In this document: positions 43,360 through 56,999 of the stretch, in pieces
Layout of the letters: every line of letters begins with the position of its first letter
Numbering within the stretch: the stretch's first letter is position 1
Source of the DNA: Eledone cirrhosa
Taxonomy: Eukaryota
Reading direction: 5' to 3'
Assembly: GCA_964016885.1 (NCBI GenBank)
Contig: OZ024751.1
Span: 51,522,001 to 51,586,000 of the forward strand
Length of the DNA stretch: 64,000 nt
Translations under genes and position numbers: made by a program
Notes under the pieces: generated by a model
Database searches by the model: none
Seen by the model: only the letters and a program-made list of their open reading frames with translations
Told to the model about the DNA's origin: nothing

Positions 43360-44228
43360 CAACATACTCTACACTATCACCTCCCAGTACTATAACATAC
43401 TCTACACTATCACCTCCCAGTACTATAACACACTCTACACTATCACCTCCCAGTACTATAACACACTCTACACTATCACCTCCCAGTACTATAACACACT
43501 CTACACTATCACCTCCCAGTACTATAACACACTCTACACTATCACCTCCCAGTACTATAACACACTCTACACTATCACCTCCCAGTACTATAACACACTC
43601 TCCACAACTACCTCCCAGTACTATAACACACTCTCCACAACTACCTCCCAGTACTATAACACACTCTCCACAACTACCTCCCAGTACTATAACACACTCT
43701 ACACAACTACCTCCCAGTACTATAACACACTCTACACTATCACCTCCCAGTACTATAACACACTCTACACTATCACCTCCCAGTACTATAACACACTCTA
43801 CACTATCACCTCCCAGTACTATAACACACTCTACACAACTACCTCCCAGTACTATAACACACTCTACACTATCACCTCCCAGTACTATAACACACTCTAC
43901 ACTATCACCTCCCAGTACTATAACACACTCTACACTATCACCTCCCAGTACTATAACACACTCTACACTATCACCTCCCAGTACTATAACACACTCTCCA
44001 CAACTACCTCCCAGTACTATAACACACTCTACACAACTACCTCCCAGTACTATAACACACTCTCCACAACTACCCCCCAGTACTACAACACACTCTCCAC
44101 AACCACCCCCCCAGTACTACAACACACTCTCCACAACTACCCCCCAGTACTATAACACACTCTCCACAACCACCTCCCAGTACTATAACACACTCTCCAC
44201 AACCACCTCCTAGTACTATAACACACCT
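43360..44228. repeat. 33-bp minisatellite, ~26 copies
   Basis: actctacactatcacctcccagtactataacac with a second variant (ctccacaactac). Confidence 0.95.
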
Positions 44229-44299
44229 AACATAAGGCAAATGAGTGATTTGAGGAAAATTCCACTGTTATTTCTAGCCATTTGAGTAACCATTTAAAA

Positions 44300-45087
44300 C
44301 AGCCATGGGCAACCTGTGGCTCGCCTAAGTCACCCAAGTGAAATCTTTCTGATCTTTTTACCCCAACTTTTCAGTTGTAATTTATCTTTCTATCATTTTT
44401 ACAATCGAGGAAAACAACGTGTAGGAATTCTGTAGAAACAAATCAAAACAACCTTAGTTACCGCCCTTTGTTTAATGTGGGCACGAATGTAAATGAGCCG
44501 TATCTCATGTGGGCACGAATGTAAATGAGCCGTATCTCATGTGGGCACGAATGTAAATGAGCCGTATCTCATGTGGGCACGAATGTAAATGAGCCATATC
44601 TCATGTGGGCACGAATGTAAATGAGCCGTATCTCATGTGGGCACGAATGTAAATGAGCCGTATCTCATGTGGGCACGAATGTAAATGAGCCGTATCTCAT
44701 GTGGGCACGAATGTAAATGAGCCGTATCTCATGTGGGCACGAATGTAAATGAGCCGTATCTCATGTGGGCACGAATGTAAATGAGCCGTATCTCATGTGG
44801 GCACGAATGTAAATGAGCCGTATCTCATGTGGGCACGAATGTAAATGAGCCATATCTCATGTGGGCACGAATGTAAATGAGCCATATCTCATGTGGGCAC
44901 GAATGTAAATGAGCCGTATCTCATGTGGGCACGAATGTAAATGAGCCGTATCTCATGTGGGCACAAATGTAAATGAGCCATATCTCATGTGGGCACGAAT
45001 GTAAATGAGCCGTATCTCATGTGGGCACGAATGTAAATGAGCCGTATCTCATGTGGGCCGCTTCTCAAAAAAGGTTGCGCATGCCTG
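44300..45087. mobile_element. Non-autonomous hAT (Charlie/Buster-like) element with 8-bp TSD
   Basis: TIRs cagccatgggcaacct / aggttgcgcatgcctg; ATTTAAAA at 44292-44299 and 45088-45095. Confidence 0.85.
44475..45058. repeat. 32-bp minisatellite (~18 copies) inside the hAT element
   Basis: atgtgggcacgaatgtaaatgagccgtatctc, near-identical units. Confidence 0.96.
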
Positions 45088-45179
45088 ATTTAAAAGCTAC
45101 CTTGTTAGATCCTATGATGTTGATGATATTGGAATGATGACGATGATGAGGAGGAGGTGGAGAATGATAGTGGCAGTGG

Positions 45180-45210
<31 letters not shown>

Positions 45211-46341
45211 AGGGGTGGTGGTGGTGGTGGTGGTGGTGGTGGTGGTGGTAGAGATGATGAAAGTGTTAATGGCGAAAGTGAGATGACCATTACAATACTT
45301 ATGTCTGCTGTAATTGATTATAATAGTGATGATGATGACAACAATGATGATAATGAAGATGACTTTAGTGATAATGATGATGATGATGATGATGATGGTG
45401 ATGATGACTTTGGTGATAAAAACATTGATTGAAGGTGAGTGAGATGACCATCACTGTGTTTATGTCTGCTGGAAAGTCTAACTTCAAAGCTATAGACAAC
45501 TACTGACAATAAATAAATCAAGAAATAAAACAATATAAAAATGAAACACATACAAAAGAACACTAAAACAAAAAAAGAAGCCACTCCCACCAACCGACTA
45601 ACTATCCAATTAACTGGTCATCGAGACCAGACAACTAGGCCCAAGGTTAACAAAAAAAATTAAATATATAAATTTATTTTAATAAGAAAGAGACAGAAAG
45701 AAAGAAAGACAGCAAAAGAAAGAAAGAAGGAAAGAAAGAACAAAAGAACAAAAGAAAGAAATAAAGAAAGAACAAAAATAAGAAAGAAAGAACGAAAAAA
45801 GAAAGAACGAAAAAAGAAAGAAAGAACAAAAGAACAAAAGAATGAAAGAACGAAAGAAAGAAAGAAAGAAAGAACGAAAAAACGAAAGAATAAAAGATCA
45901 AAAGAAAGAAAGAACAAAAGAAAGTAAGAAAGAAAGAAAAAACGAAAGAAAGAAAGAACAAAAGAAAGAAAGAAATAATCAATCACAGAGATAACACAGA
46001 TCAACATGACTTTCTCTCTACCACCTCCTCCTCTCTGTCAGGACCCCTACCTCCTCCCCCTCTTCTACTTCCTCCTCCAGTACTACCCTTTATCTAACCC
46101 CTAGAAGAGGTTACTCAGCATGGTTAAAAATATCATGCCAAAAAGTACAGGTACCAGCATACAGCCTTGTTTCACACCATTTGTGACACGTAATGCTGAT
46201 AATTTACTCATATATATATATATATATATAGTAATAATAATAAATGTGACAACTAAAATCTAAAGAAAGCACGACAAGGATAATATATATATAAAAATAT
46301 ATAAAACCATAGAGCAAATATTTATTAAAATAACAGATTAG

Positions 46342-46392
46342 AGTTTCAGAAGAACCCGTTAAGGGTGAAAGCAGTGATTCTTTGCTTAAACT
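46342..46392 (+). ncRNA. Hammerhead-fold RNA with CAGAAGA core (second copy), within a short fold-back 46321-46411
   Basis: agttt-CAGAAGA-accc(gttaa)gggt-GAAA-gcag...ttgc-TT-aaact. Confidence 0.6.
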
Positions 46393-46424
46393 TTAATGTT
46401 ATTTTAATAAATATATATATATAT

Positions 46425-46484
<60 letters not shown>

Positions 46485-46488
<4 letters not shown>

Positions 46489-47440
46489 TACCTGGGTGAC
46501 AAAATCAGCAGTGGGGGAGGTTGCTCTGAAAGTACAGTAGCTAGAGTCAGAACTGGATGGAAAAAGTTCAGAGAGCTTATACCACTATTGGCCGCTAAAG
46601 GGTTCTCCCTAAAAATGAAAGGCAGGCTGTATGATGCCTGCATACGAACAGCAATGTTGCATGGCAGTGAGACCTGGGCATTGTGTGCAGAGGATATACG
46701 CAGACTAGAGAGGAATGAACCTTGCATGCTCCACTGGATGTGTAATAGTGATATACGCGAACGGCAAAGCATAAACGAACTAAGGGAAAAATTAGAAATT
46801 AGAGGGATCAGATGTTGTTTACTCGAGAGAAGGCTACATTGGTATGGTCACGTGATGCGCATGAAAGACGACAGCTGTATAAAAAAGTGCAGGGCAATAA
46901 AGATAGACGGTAGCCACGGAGTAGGCAGACCCAGAAAAACCTGGGACGACCTGATAAATTCCGACCTCACACACTTACACCTCTCCAAGACAATGTCACT
47001 GGACCGAGATCTTTGGCGGCACTCAGTAATAGAGAAGACCCGCCTTACCTAAATACAAAGTAAAACCTACTACAGTCAGTAGGCATCTCTAACAAAATAC
47101 ACCCCCGTCCCACCACCCCCACCCCATCCACACCGCCCCTTTCAATGTAAAGTTATCATGGTGCCATAACATCCAGGCCAAAACAAATGAGTTCGTGTAG
47201 GTGTCACGACAAAAACACACACAGTCCACGCTGTAATGTGGCCGTATAGGCAACATGGTAAAAACCTCCCAGTCCCACACTGTAAATGTGGTTGGTGTTA
47301 GGAAGGGCATCCAGCTGTAGAAAACCCGCCAGACAGTCCTATGCGAGCAAGACAACCACTCTTGCCTCAAATGGGAAAACTCCCGTCCAAACCCATGCAA
47401 GCGTGGAACATGGACGTTAAACGATGATGATGATGATGAT
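46485..47440 (+). mobile_element. RTE LINE family A, 5'-truncated
   Basis: ORF end at 47052 (EKTRLT*), 3' UTR, (gat)n; starts in (TA)n. Confidence 0.93.
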
Positions 47441-47554
47441 ATATATATAACAATATATATAATAACAACAATGAACAAACGACTTTACAATGAACCAACA
47501 ATCTCTAATTTTATCCCCAATCCTGAATCACTGCAAATAATGAAACAAAAACTA

Positions 47555-48045
47555 TAACAATGTACCTTGGTTCAACCCTCCATTTATCTTTAATGTGAAT
47601 GCAAAATCTTCCTTAATTACCAAGAACTTCTTTAACCCTTTAGCATTTAAACTGACCATATCCAGCCAAAATTCTCTCACCTCTTTCTGTTCAAACCAGC
47701 TTTTCTATTCATACCAACTTTAAGGTATTGTTCTCAAAATAAATAATATCAAAATCTCATAGATTCCATATTATATGGGATAATTATGTGAGGTAAAGCC
47801 TTTACGACAAGAATACAATAGTAAATATAGAGTAATATAAATGCTAAAGGGTCACCTAGAACTATTTAATTGTTATAACAATGCTCCAACCCTCCATTTA
47901 CCCTTAATGTGAATCCAAGATCTTCCTTAATCTCACATGGAAACATGTCCCTGCAAGACACAAATATCCCAAACTATTTAATTAGTAAAATTTAAAGTTA
48001 GCTAGAGTTGCATAACTGATACGAAAAACATCATTATGGGTAGTA
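47555..48045 (+). mobile_element. Decayed Penelope-like (Neptune-type) RT-to-GIY-YIG linker fragment, interrupted by a MITE
   Basis: NVPWFNPPFIFNV; KIFLNLTWKHVPARHKYPKLFN; SCITDTKNII, resembling WFNPPxSxNV...KIFLxLIDKHFP..H..KxFN...YSCMPNMxNII. Confidence 0.65.
47636..47851. mobile_element. piggyBac-type MITE (opposite orientation to the other two)
   Basis: TTAA|ccctttagcattta...taaatgctaaaggg; right TSD degraded. Confidence 0.8.
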
Positions 48046-48366
48046 GGTTCATCAACCACAATTTTGGTGCCCTGGGCTGCTTAGTAAACCCCAGCAACCC
48101 AAAAAGCCAATTCCGTAAACAGCCGCGTGTGTGAATATGCGTATATTTGTGTATGTAAAAATTTATGGTAAACAGGTTTCTTTATTCTGTATCTATGGAG
48201 ATAAAAAAAATCTCTTTAAACCATTGTATCCTATTTTAGGCTGCAAGGATAAATGTGCGTTTATGAAATACAGAAACTCATAAGTTTACCTTACTTTTTC
48301 TACTCATTGGATATCTGTTTATATTTGCTTTAATGTGCGTGTGTGAGAGAGAGAGAGAGAGAGTGT

Positions 48367-48412
<46 letters not shown>

Positions 48413-48824
48413 ATGCGTGCCTATGCGTTTGCGCTTGTATATGTGTGTGTGTGTGTGTGTGTACATGCGTGCCTATGCATTTGCGCTTGTATGTGTATGT
48501 GTGTGTGTATGAGAGAGAGTGTGTGTGTGTACATATGTGCGAGTATGTATGTGTTTGTATTTGTATGTATGTGTATATGTATGTGTGTGTGTGTGCCTGT
48601 GTGTGTTCGTGTGCATGCGTGTGTGTAAAATGCAGTTGAAGCAGAGAGAATGAGATATTTGCATGACGTGCAATGATTGATGGAGCAGTTTCAACCTTGG
48701 TGTAGGACATTCATAAATTATTTATGTTGACTTGTTTAACTAATTTCAAATACACACACAACACACACACATATATAGCAGGAATAGCAGGCATTAAATG
48801 GTGGTGATGCTGATGATGATGATG

Positions 48825-48892
<68 letters not shown>

Positions 48893-49028
48893 TAGGGGGA
48901 TATCCTGAAATGAAGCAGTCTAATAGAAACCGATACATCTTTTTATATGTATGTATATACATACATATATATATATATATACATACATATATATATACAT
49001 ACATATATATACATATATATATACATAC

Positions 49029-49079
<51 letters not shown>

Positions 49080-49221
49080 CATACATATATATATATATAT
49101 ATATACATACATATACATATACATACATATACATACATATATATATATATACATACATATACATATATACATACATACATATCTCTATATATATAGAGAG
49201 AGAGATATATATCTATCTATA

Positions 49222-49253
<32 letters not shown>

Positions 49254-49267
49254 GATATATAGATATA

Positions 49268-49331
<64 letters not shown>

Positions 49332-49540
49332 TATCTATCTATATATATATACATATATAAATATAGATATATATATCTATCTATATATATATATATATAC
49401 ATATATAAATATAGATATATATCTATCTATATATATATACATATATAGATATATATCTATCTATATATACATATATATATATAGATATATATCTATCTCT
49501 CTATATATATACATATATATAGATATATATATCTATCTAC

Positions 49541-49609
<69 letters not shown>

Positions 49610-49646
49610 TATATAGAGATAGCTATCTATATATATATATATATAT

Positions 49647-49715
<69 letters not shown>

Positions 49716-49870
49716 TATATAGATATCTATCTATATATATATATATATATATACATATATATAGATATATAGATATATACATATATATATATATACATAT
49801 ATATATATAGATATATATATACATACATATATATATATATAGATATATATATATATACATATATATATAT

Positions 49871-49925
<55 letters not shown>

Positions 49926-49949
49926 TATATATATATATATATATACCTA

Positions 49950-49980
<31 letters not shown>

Positions 49981-50037
49981 GGATATATAGATATCTATCT
50001 ATATATATATATAGATATCTATCTAGATATCTATCTA

Positions 50038-50079
<42 letters not shown>

Positions 50080-50207
50080 TATCTATCTAGATATCTATCT
50101 ATCTATCTATATATATATATATATATAGATATATAGATATATATATATATATATCTTTGTATTGTCCCCTTTTCTTGTTGCGCCCTTGTGGCTAATAAAG
50201 AAATCTA

Positions 50208-50271
<64 letters not shown>

Positions 50272-50289
50272 TAGATAGATATCTAGATA

Positions 50290-50350
<61 letters not shown>

Positions 50351-50924
50351 GTGTGTATATGCATATCTATGCATCATGAGGATGTGTATACCTCACACAC
50401 ACACCATCATTTTTATGTTTTTTATACTGACATAAGTTGAACTACTATGTATATATATATATATGTATGTCTACACATGTACATACATAAGTATGCATGT
50501 GTGTGTGTGTTTGCGTGTGTCTGTATGTATGTGTGTGTGTAAGAAACTTACCTCAATGAGATTTATATCTCAAACATTTACTGTCAACTGTGCTATGAGG
50601 TGAAACCATACAAATGTTGCAACAAACCCTCTCTCTCTCTCTTTCTGTCAGGCAACTTGGCTGATAACAGTTGCAACTTCTATTTTCTCAGCTGAAGTGT
50701 TTTAAATGGAAAGTGAACGAATGTTTTATAATTCTATCTAGAGTCATTCTGTTGTGTTTCTTCCTTTTTTTTTTCTTCCTTTTACTTCCTTTGGATCAAT
50801 GGGCAACCAGAGACCTCTACCCAGCATAGTTGCAAGTTTTGTCACAAGTCTGCTCCAAGCTCTGGTCCATATCTACCAGACTCTCTCCACAAACTTCTAC
50901 CAGATTTTAACAGATCTGCCTTGC

Positions 50925-52440
50925 ATGCTTTCTAGGTTCAATTCCTATATATATGCTTTCTAGGTTCAATTCCTATATATATGCTTTCTGGGTTCAATTC
51001 CTATATATATGCTTTCTAGGTTCAATTCCTATATATATGCTTTCTAGGTTCAATTCCTATATATATGCTTTCTAGGTTCAATTCCTATATATATGCTTTC
51101 TAGGTTCAATTCCTATATATATGCTTTCTGGGTTCAATTCCTATATATATGCTTTCTAGGTTCAATTCCTATATATATGTTTTCTGGGTTCAATTCCTAT
51201 ATATATATGCTTTCTAGGTTCAATTCCTATATATATGCTTTCTAGGTTCAATTCCTATATATATATGCTTTCTAGGTTCAATTCCTATATATATGCTTTC
51301 TGGGTTCAATTCCTATATATATGCTTTCTGGGTTCAATTCCTATATATATGCTTTCCAGGTTCAATTCCTATATATATGCTTTCTAGGTTCAATTCCTAT
51401 ATATATGCTTTCTGGGTTCAATTCCTATATATATGCTTTCTAGGTTCAATTCCTATATATATGCTTTCTGGGTTCAATTCCTATATATATGCTTTCTAGG
51501 TTCAATTCCTATATATATGCTTTCTGGGTTCAATTCCTATATATATGCTTTCTGGGTTCAATTCCTATATATATGCTTTCTAGGTTCAATTCCTATATAT
51601 ATGCTTTCTGGGTTCAATTCCTATATATATGCTTTCTGGGTTCAATTCCTATATATATGCTTTCTAGGTTCAATTCCTATATATATATATGCTTTCTAGG
51701 TTCAATTCCTATATATATGCTTTCTGGGTTCAATTCCTATATATATGCTTTCTAGGTTCAATTCCTATATATATGCTTTCTGGGTTCAATTCCTATATAT
51801 ATGCTTTCTAGGTTCAATTCCTATATATATATGCTTTCTGGGTTCAATTCCTATATATATGCTTTCTGGGTTCAATTCCTATATATATGCTTTCTAGGTT
51901 CAATTCCTATATATATGCTTTCTAGGTTCAATTCCTATATATATGCTTTCTAGGTTCAATTCCTATATATATGCTTTCTAGGTTCAATTCCTATATATAT
52001 GCTTTCTGGGTTCAATTCCTATATATATGCTTTCTAGGTTCAATTCCTATATATATGCTTTCTGGGTTCAATTCCTATATATATGCTTTCTAGGTTCAAT
52101 TCCTATATATATGCTTTCTAGGTTCAATTCCTATATATATGCTTTCTAGGTTCAATTCATATATATATGCTTTCTGGGTTCAATTCCTATATATATGCTT
52201 TCTGGGTTCAATTCCTATATATATGCTTTCTAGGTTCAATTCCTATATATATATGCTTTCTGGGTTCAATTCCTATATATATGCTTTCTGGGTTCAATTT
52301 CTATATATATGCTTTCTAGGTTCAATTCCTATATATATGCTTTCTGGGTTCAATTCCTATATATATGCTTTCTAGGTTCAATTCCTATATATATGCTTTC
52401 TAGGTTCAATTCCTATATATATGCTTTCTAGGTTCAATTT
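50925..52440 (+). repeat. 28-bp minisatellite, ~54 copies
   Basis: atgctttct(a/g)ggttcaattcctatatat. Confidence 0.97.
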
Positions 52441-53026
52441 AGGAGTCTGTCACTCTTTTTTTTTTTATATTTTGCTAATTATACATAACCTTGTGTGTCT
52501 CAATTTGTTATACTAACTATAGGAACCATTCCTACTTCTTTGTTTAGGAACTTGACATCGTTATATTCATTGCTTAATCTAAGAGGGAAGAGTTGTGCCC
52601 ATAGCCCTTTTCATGGCCTTAAAGACTGATGGAATGAAGAAGGTGTCTTCAAAGGGGAAACCTGGTCCAAATACTCATGACAAAATGAACTCCTCTAAAA
52701 GCACCCAAAGGCCAAGTAGTAGTGTTAAACTGGGTGACAGAAAATATTTGTTGATTGGGACTCTACCTCTTCACTTTATATATAGTGAAGAGATCGACAT
52801 TAGATATTTTGTCTTCATGTGTATACCCACAGATTGCCCAAAGACAACCTTTATATATGTGTGTGGGTGTGTATGTGTGTCCAGTTTAAAATAGGCACAC
52901 TATATCTGTGTGTGTCATAAGAAGTGATTAAAAGAGTTAACATCAGGAAGGGCACCTGGCTGTAATACATTGCCTCAAAAGGTTCCAGTCAACCCATGCC
53001 AACAGAGAAAAGTTGACATAAAAATG

Positions 53027-53057
<31 letters not shown>

Positions 53058-53099
53058 CACAAAAAAGAGAATCAGTGTTGCGACGAATGGAATTTATTG

Positions 53100-53194
53100 G
53101 ACATATTACAATCATTTCTCTGGCGACCAGCTCGAGGCATGATCGATGTTATGATCGAACCTGACTCTGAAATCGCAAGGTCCTCAGATACGTC
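53100..53194 (-). ncRNA. Possible hammerhead with enlarged stem II, within a ~250-bp insert in (TA)n
   Basis: Minus: gacgtat-CTGAGGA-62 nt-GAAA-tgattg-TA-atatgtc; stem I 7 bp. Confidence 0.45.
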
Positions 53195-53325
53195 TTGATT
53201 CTACGAAGCATATTTTACTTTTCATATCATACTCTGCTCTGTGAGAGCATCAAGTGCTCAAACGGCCTACCTACCACATACGGACGCTTTAAGCATCCAA
53301 CACCAGTTATATATATATATATATA

Positions 53326-55930
53326 TACTCTTTTACTCTTTTACTCTTTTACCTGTTTCAGCCATCCGGCTGAGGCCATGCTGGGGCCATGCTCTTGTTG
53401 CTACATATTTTATCTCCAGCCTGTATAGGTTGGCCACTGGTGTAGGAGGGAGTTTGTTGTTGCTGCCCTTAGGTTTCCCTCGTGTCTTGCTGTGGGCTCA
53501 TCCGGGATCCTGGATAACAAGGTGTCGAGATGTTTCTTAAAGACATCCACCTCCACGTCATGCAAGTCTCGCAGATGCCTCGGCAGCCTGTTGAAGAGTT
53601 GAGGGCCCTTGAATCCCAGGCTATTGCGATACCTGCTCCTTATTCTAGATGTAGAAGACGGGACCTTTGGCACCACACAGTGACGTCCTGTTCGACGGTT
53701 GGTCCAGCTCCCAATGCCAAAGTTTGGTGCTAGTCCCTCCAGGATTTTCCACATGTAGATCACTGCGTATCTCTCCCGTCTTCGCTCCAAGGAGTAGAGG
53801 TTCAGTTCCTTCAGCCTCTCCCAGTAGCTTGTCTCCCTCATCTTGGCAATCCTCTTGGTGTAGCTTCGCTGGATTGCCTCAAGCTCCGTGGTTAGTTTGA
53901 CACTATGGGGTGACCACAGCTGGGAGCAGTAGTCCAGGCGGCTTAGGACAAAAGTCCTCCACAGTGTCAACATGGTGTCTCGATCTCTTGTAAGGAAAGT
54001 CCTCAAGATCCAGCCAGCGAATCGTCTACATGCTGTCGCCACCTTCATGATGTGTGAAGAAAAAGATGCATCATCGCTCATGTCTATGCCCAGGTCTCGT
54101 ATCGATTTTGACACGGGGATATCGGTCCCTCCTGGTCCTGTGTAGCTGTGTTCCGCTATATTTGTGTTTGTGTTTGCAGGTTTGTATTGTAGGGCTTGGA
54201 ATTTGCCAGCATTAAACTGCATGTTGTTTTCTTCCGCCCATCTGTATATGGCATCCAGATCCTGCTGTAAGAGGGCAGCGTCAGCCGGGTTTTTGATTGC
54301 CTGTGCTACCTTAGTGTCATCAGCATAGCTAGTGAGGGATGTTGTTGCATGCACCACAGAGGGCATGTCCGAGAGAGCCACCAAAAACAGTAGTGGTCCC
54401 AGGACTGTCCCCTGAGGCACCCCACTTGTCATCGGTGTCTCCCTCGAGAGGGCCCCATTTGCTGCGACTGCCTGGCTTCTGTCCCTTAGGAAGCCATGCA
54501 GCCACTCACCTACTTTTCCAGTTATGCCGAGTCCGTGTAGTTTGTGACATATCATTCCGTGGTCGACCTTGTCAAAGGCCTTCGCAAAGTCAAGATATAT
54601 CACGTCTACATGTGAGCTGTCTAGTAGTTGTCTCAGTAGCCAGTCGTAGTGATGTAGCAGCTGTGTAAGGCAGCTTCTTCCTGGGCGGAAACCATGTTGC
54701 GTGCTAGTCGGGCGGTCATTTTCTTCGAGGAAAGTGATTAGTTTCTTTCTGACGACTCGCTCCATGACCTTACTGATATGCGACGTCAGGGAGACTGGCC
54801 TATAGTTCTTGGCCTCCGCTCTACTACCTCCTTTATGGATAGGGCATATTGTGCCTGCTTTCAGCTCCCTGGGTAGTACACCGCTAGCCAAGGAGCTTCT
54901 GAAGAGCATCTTCAGTGGAGTTACTAAGGCCCGCTTACATATTTTTAGGAGAACTGCTGGGAATCCATCAGGTCCAGCAGCCGAGTCTGTTCTAATTTCA
55001 TCAATGGCGTACACCACATCCTCCTCCGTTATGTCTATGTGGTTGATGGTTGCCATTTCTTGATGTAGTGTTGTGGCATCAAAGAACTCCTCTGGCTTCG
55101 TTATTTGCATGTGCCTCAGTGGACATGTGAAGACACTTTTGTACTGTTCGTTCAGTATTTCACATATCTCTTGGGGATTTTCGGTTAATGAACCGTCCGT
55201 GTGGAAGAGTGGTCCAATCTTGCAGTGTACTGAGGCAGTTTCTTTTGCAAATTTAAAGAAGGCCTTAGGGTTTGTTTTAATGTTTTCTATGGCCCTGTTC
55301 TCTTTCCTTGCCCTCTCATTCTCATGAGAAAGCTTGAGTGCAATCTCGGTGTCAAGTAGTGCACGTTTCAAATAGGATTCCTTCTTGTTTTGGTTTTGTT
55401 GACTATTCAACTGGTTTGAGAGTTTAGTTCTACGTCTCATAAGGATTTTCCTATCTCTGGGAATAAGATTTTTGTGTCTGTTTGCCTCTTTCTCCGGGAC
55501 ACACTTTTTGCATATGGTGTGTATCGTTGTCATGAAGTGTTGAAATTGTGTGTTAGTGTCTTGTGTGGCGATGTTTGCACTCCATGTTTGCTTCCGGATT
55601 TCACTCTTAATCTTCTTCCAGTCAGCCCCGTAGAAGTTAAGGCTGGATAGCGTCCCGGAGCTTCTTGGTGGTTTTGTCTCTGTTGGTTCTCTTGGACCAC
55701 ATATCATTAGCTCTACCAAGTTATGATCTGAGAGAATTGTTGGTGTCACCTTTACATTGTGGATGAGCACTTTGTTGTTTGTAAAACAGAGGTCCAGGAC
55801 ATTTTCGCCTCTTGTTGGGAGAAGTATTGCTTGCTCCATGAACAACCTGTGTGTGAGGGCCAGCAGGGATTCCGTCTGTCTCTGTTCTATTGACGTCATT
55901 CCAGGGAGGAGGTGGCCCTCAGGCCATTTG

Positions 55931-55933
<3 letters not shown>
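53326..55933 (-). mobile_element. CR1-like LINE, 5'-truncated within the APE domain, with uninterrupted ORF2 (~840 aa) and (AGAGTAAA)n tail
   Basis: PTRGENVLDL, SDH, GPDG, NYRPVSLTS, QHGFRPGRSC, YLDFAKAFD, GVPQGTVLGPLLF, YADD, LERRRER; (TA)n on both sides. Confidence 0.95.
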
Positions 55934-55973
<40 letters not shown>

Positions 55974-56619
55974 TTATATATATATATATATATACATTTT
56001 TATTCACTCTCATATATGAGAAATAAATATTTTATTGGCACGTTCTGTTGTGATTAAATAGTAAAAATAAAATATAAAATATAAGCATATATCATTTTTA
56101 CCATTTTCTATAGACCATTCCTGCACCGAAAGGGCAGCAGCTAATCTCACAAATAAATAAACAACAGCCACAACAACAACAGCAACAACAACAATGGCAA
56201 CAGCCACAAGAAACAGTTTGAAAATGGTATGTATAGGAAGTAGAAAATAAGGGAGAGACAGACAGACAGACAAATAATAGCTATGAAGAAATATAGCTGC
56301 CGTCCGTCAGAGTTCTTACACGAAAATAAACTGACAGAGAAAGAACCAAAGAAAAGTTGGTAATTAATTTGGCTCGTCATAGATTTTGACAGAAAAAGTC
56401 ATCTTTCTTTGAGAGATACAGACAGGCAAATATATCTTTCCATTGTTATTGACGATGATGATCATGGTGATGATGATGATGAAGCAGTTGTGGTTACTGT
56501 TGTTATTGTTATATTTGGTGTTGGTGTTGCCATTGTTGTTTTGTTAGTTTTATTGGAGGTGGTGGTGGGAGTTGACCATTGTTTTTGTTGTATGAAATTC
56601 CTTCACATAATTGATAAAT

Positions 56620-56835
56620 AATGGTTTCTTATATAAGCACAAGGCCATCAATTTTTGGGGAGGGAAAAGTTGATCAAATCGACCTCAATGCGTTACTGGT
56701 GCTTTATTTTATCAACCCCCGTAAGGATCAAAGGCAAAGTTAGCCTCGGCGGGATTTGAAGTCAGATCATAAAGGGCCGTAACTCTATACTGCAAAGCAT
56801 GGCATCCGACCCTCTACCGATACTGCCAATCCACT
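56620..56835 (-). mobile_element. SINE family B
   Basis: Reverse complement of the family B core and head. Confidence 0.75.
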
Positions 56836-56999
56836 GCCCTATAATTGATAAATGATGATGCTTGATCTACTGAGATGTTTTGAAATGGATGTAATTCCTT
56901 GATCTTGGTAGATGGGGCAGGGTTCTATAGCTTTCTCTGGTTTCCCTGGGGCAAAGGTTATAGCTAGGTGAAGTTTAAAATAATTATTCTTGTTTCTCC

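Noticed and set aside
43308-44213. 301-aa STLSPPSTITH repeat ORF
   Set aside because: An open frame is expected by chance from a 33-bp unit; no other coding evidence.
44475-45058. CRISPR-like 32-bp repeats (also 14723 and 50925 arrays)
   Set aside because: Units are contiguous with no unique spacers; eukaryotic context; no cas genes.
50545-50750. Possible minus-strand exon (AG|GTAAG donor near 50551)
   Set aside because: No credible acceptor or reading frame; a lone donor motif is not sufficient.
55934-56013. N-terminus of the 867-aa ORF
   Set aside because: Read-through from the (TA)n flank; not part of the LINE.
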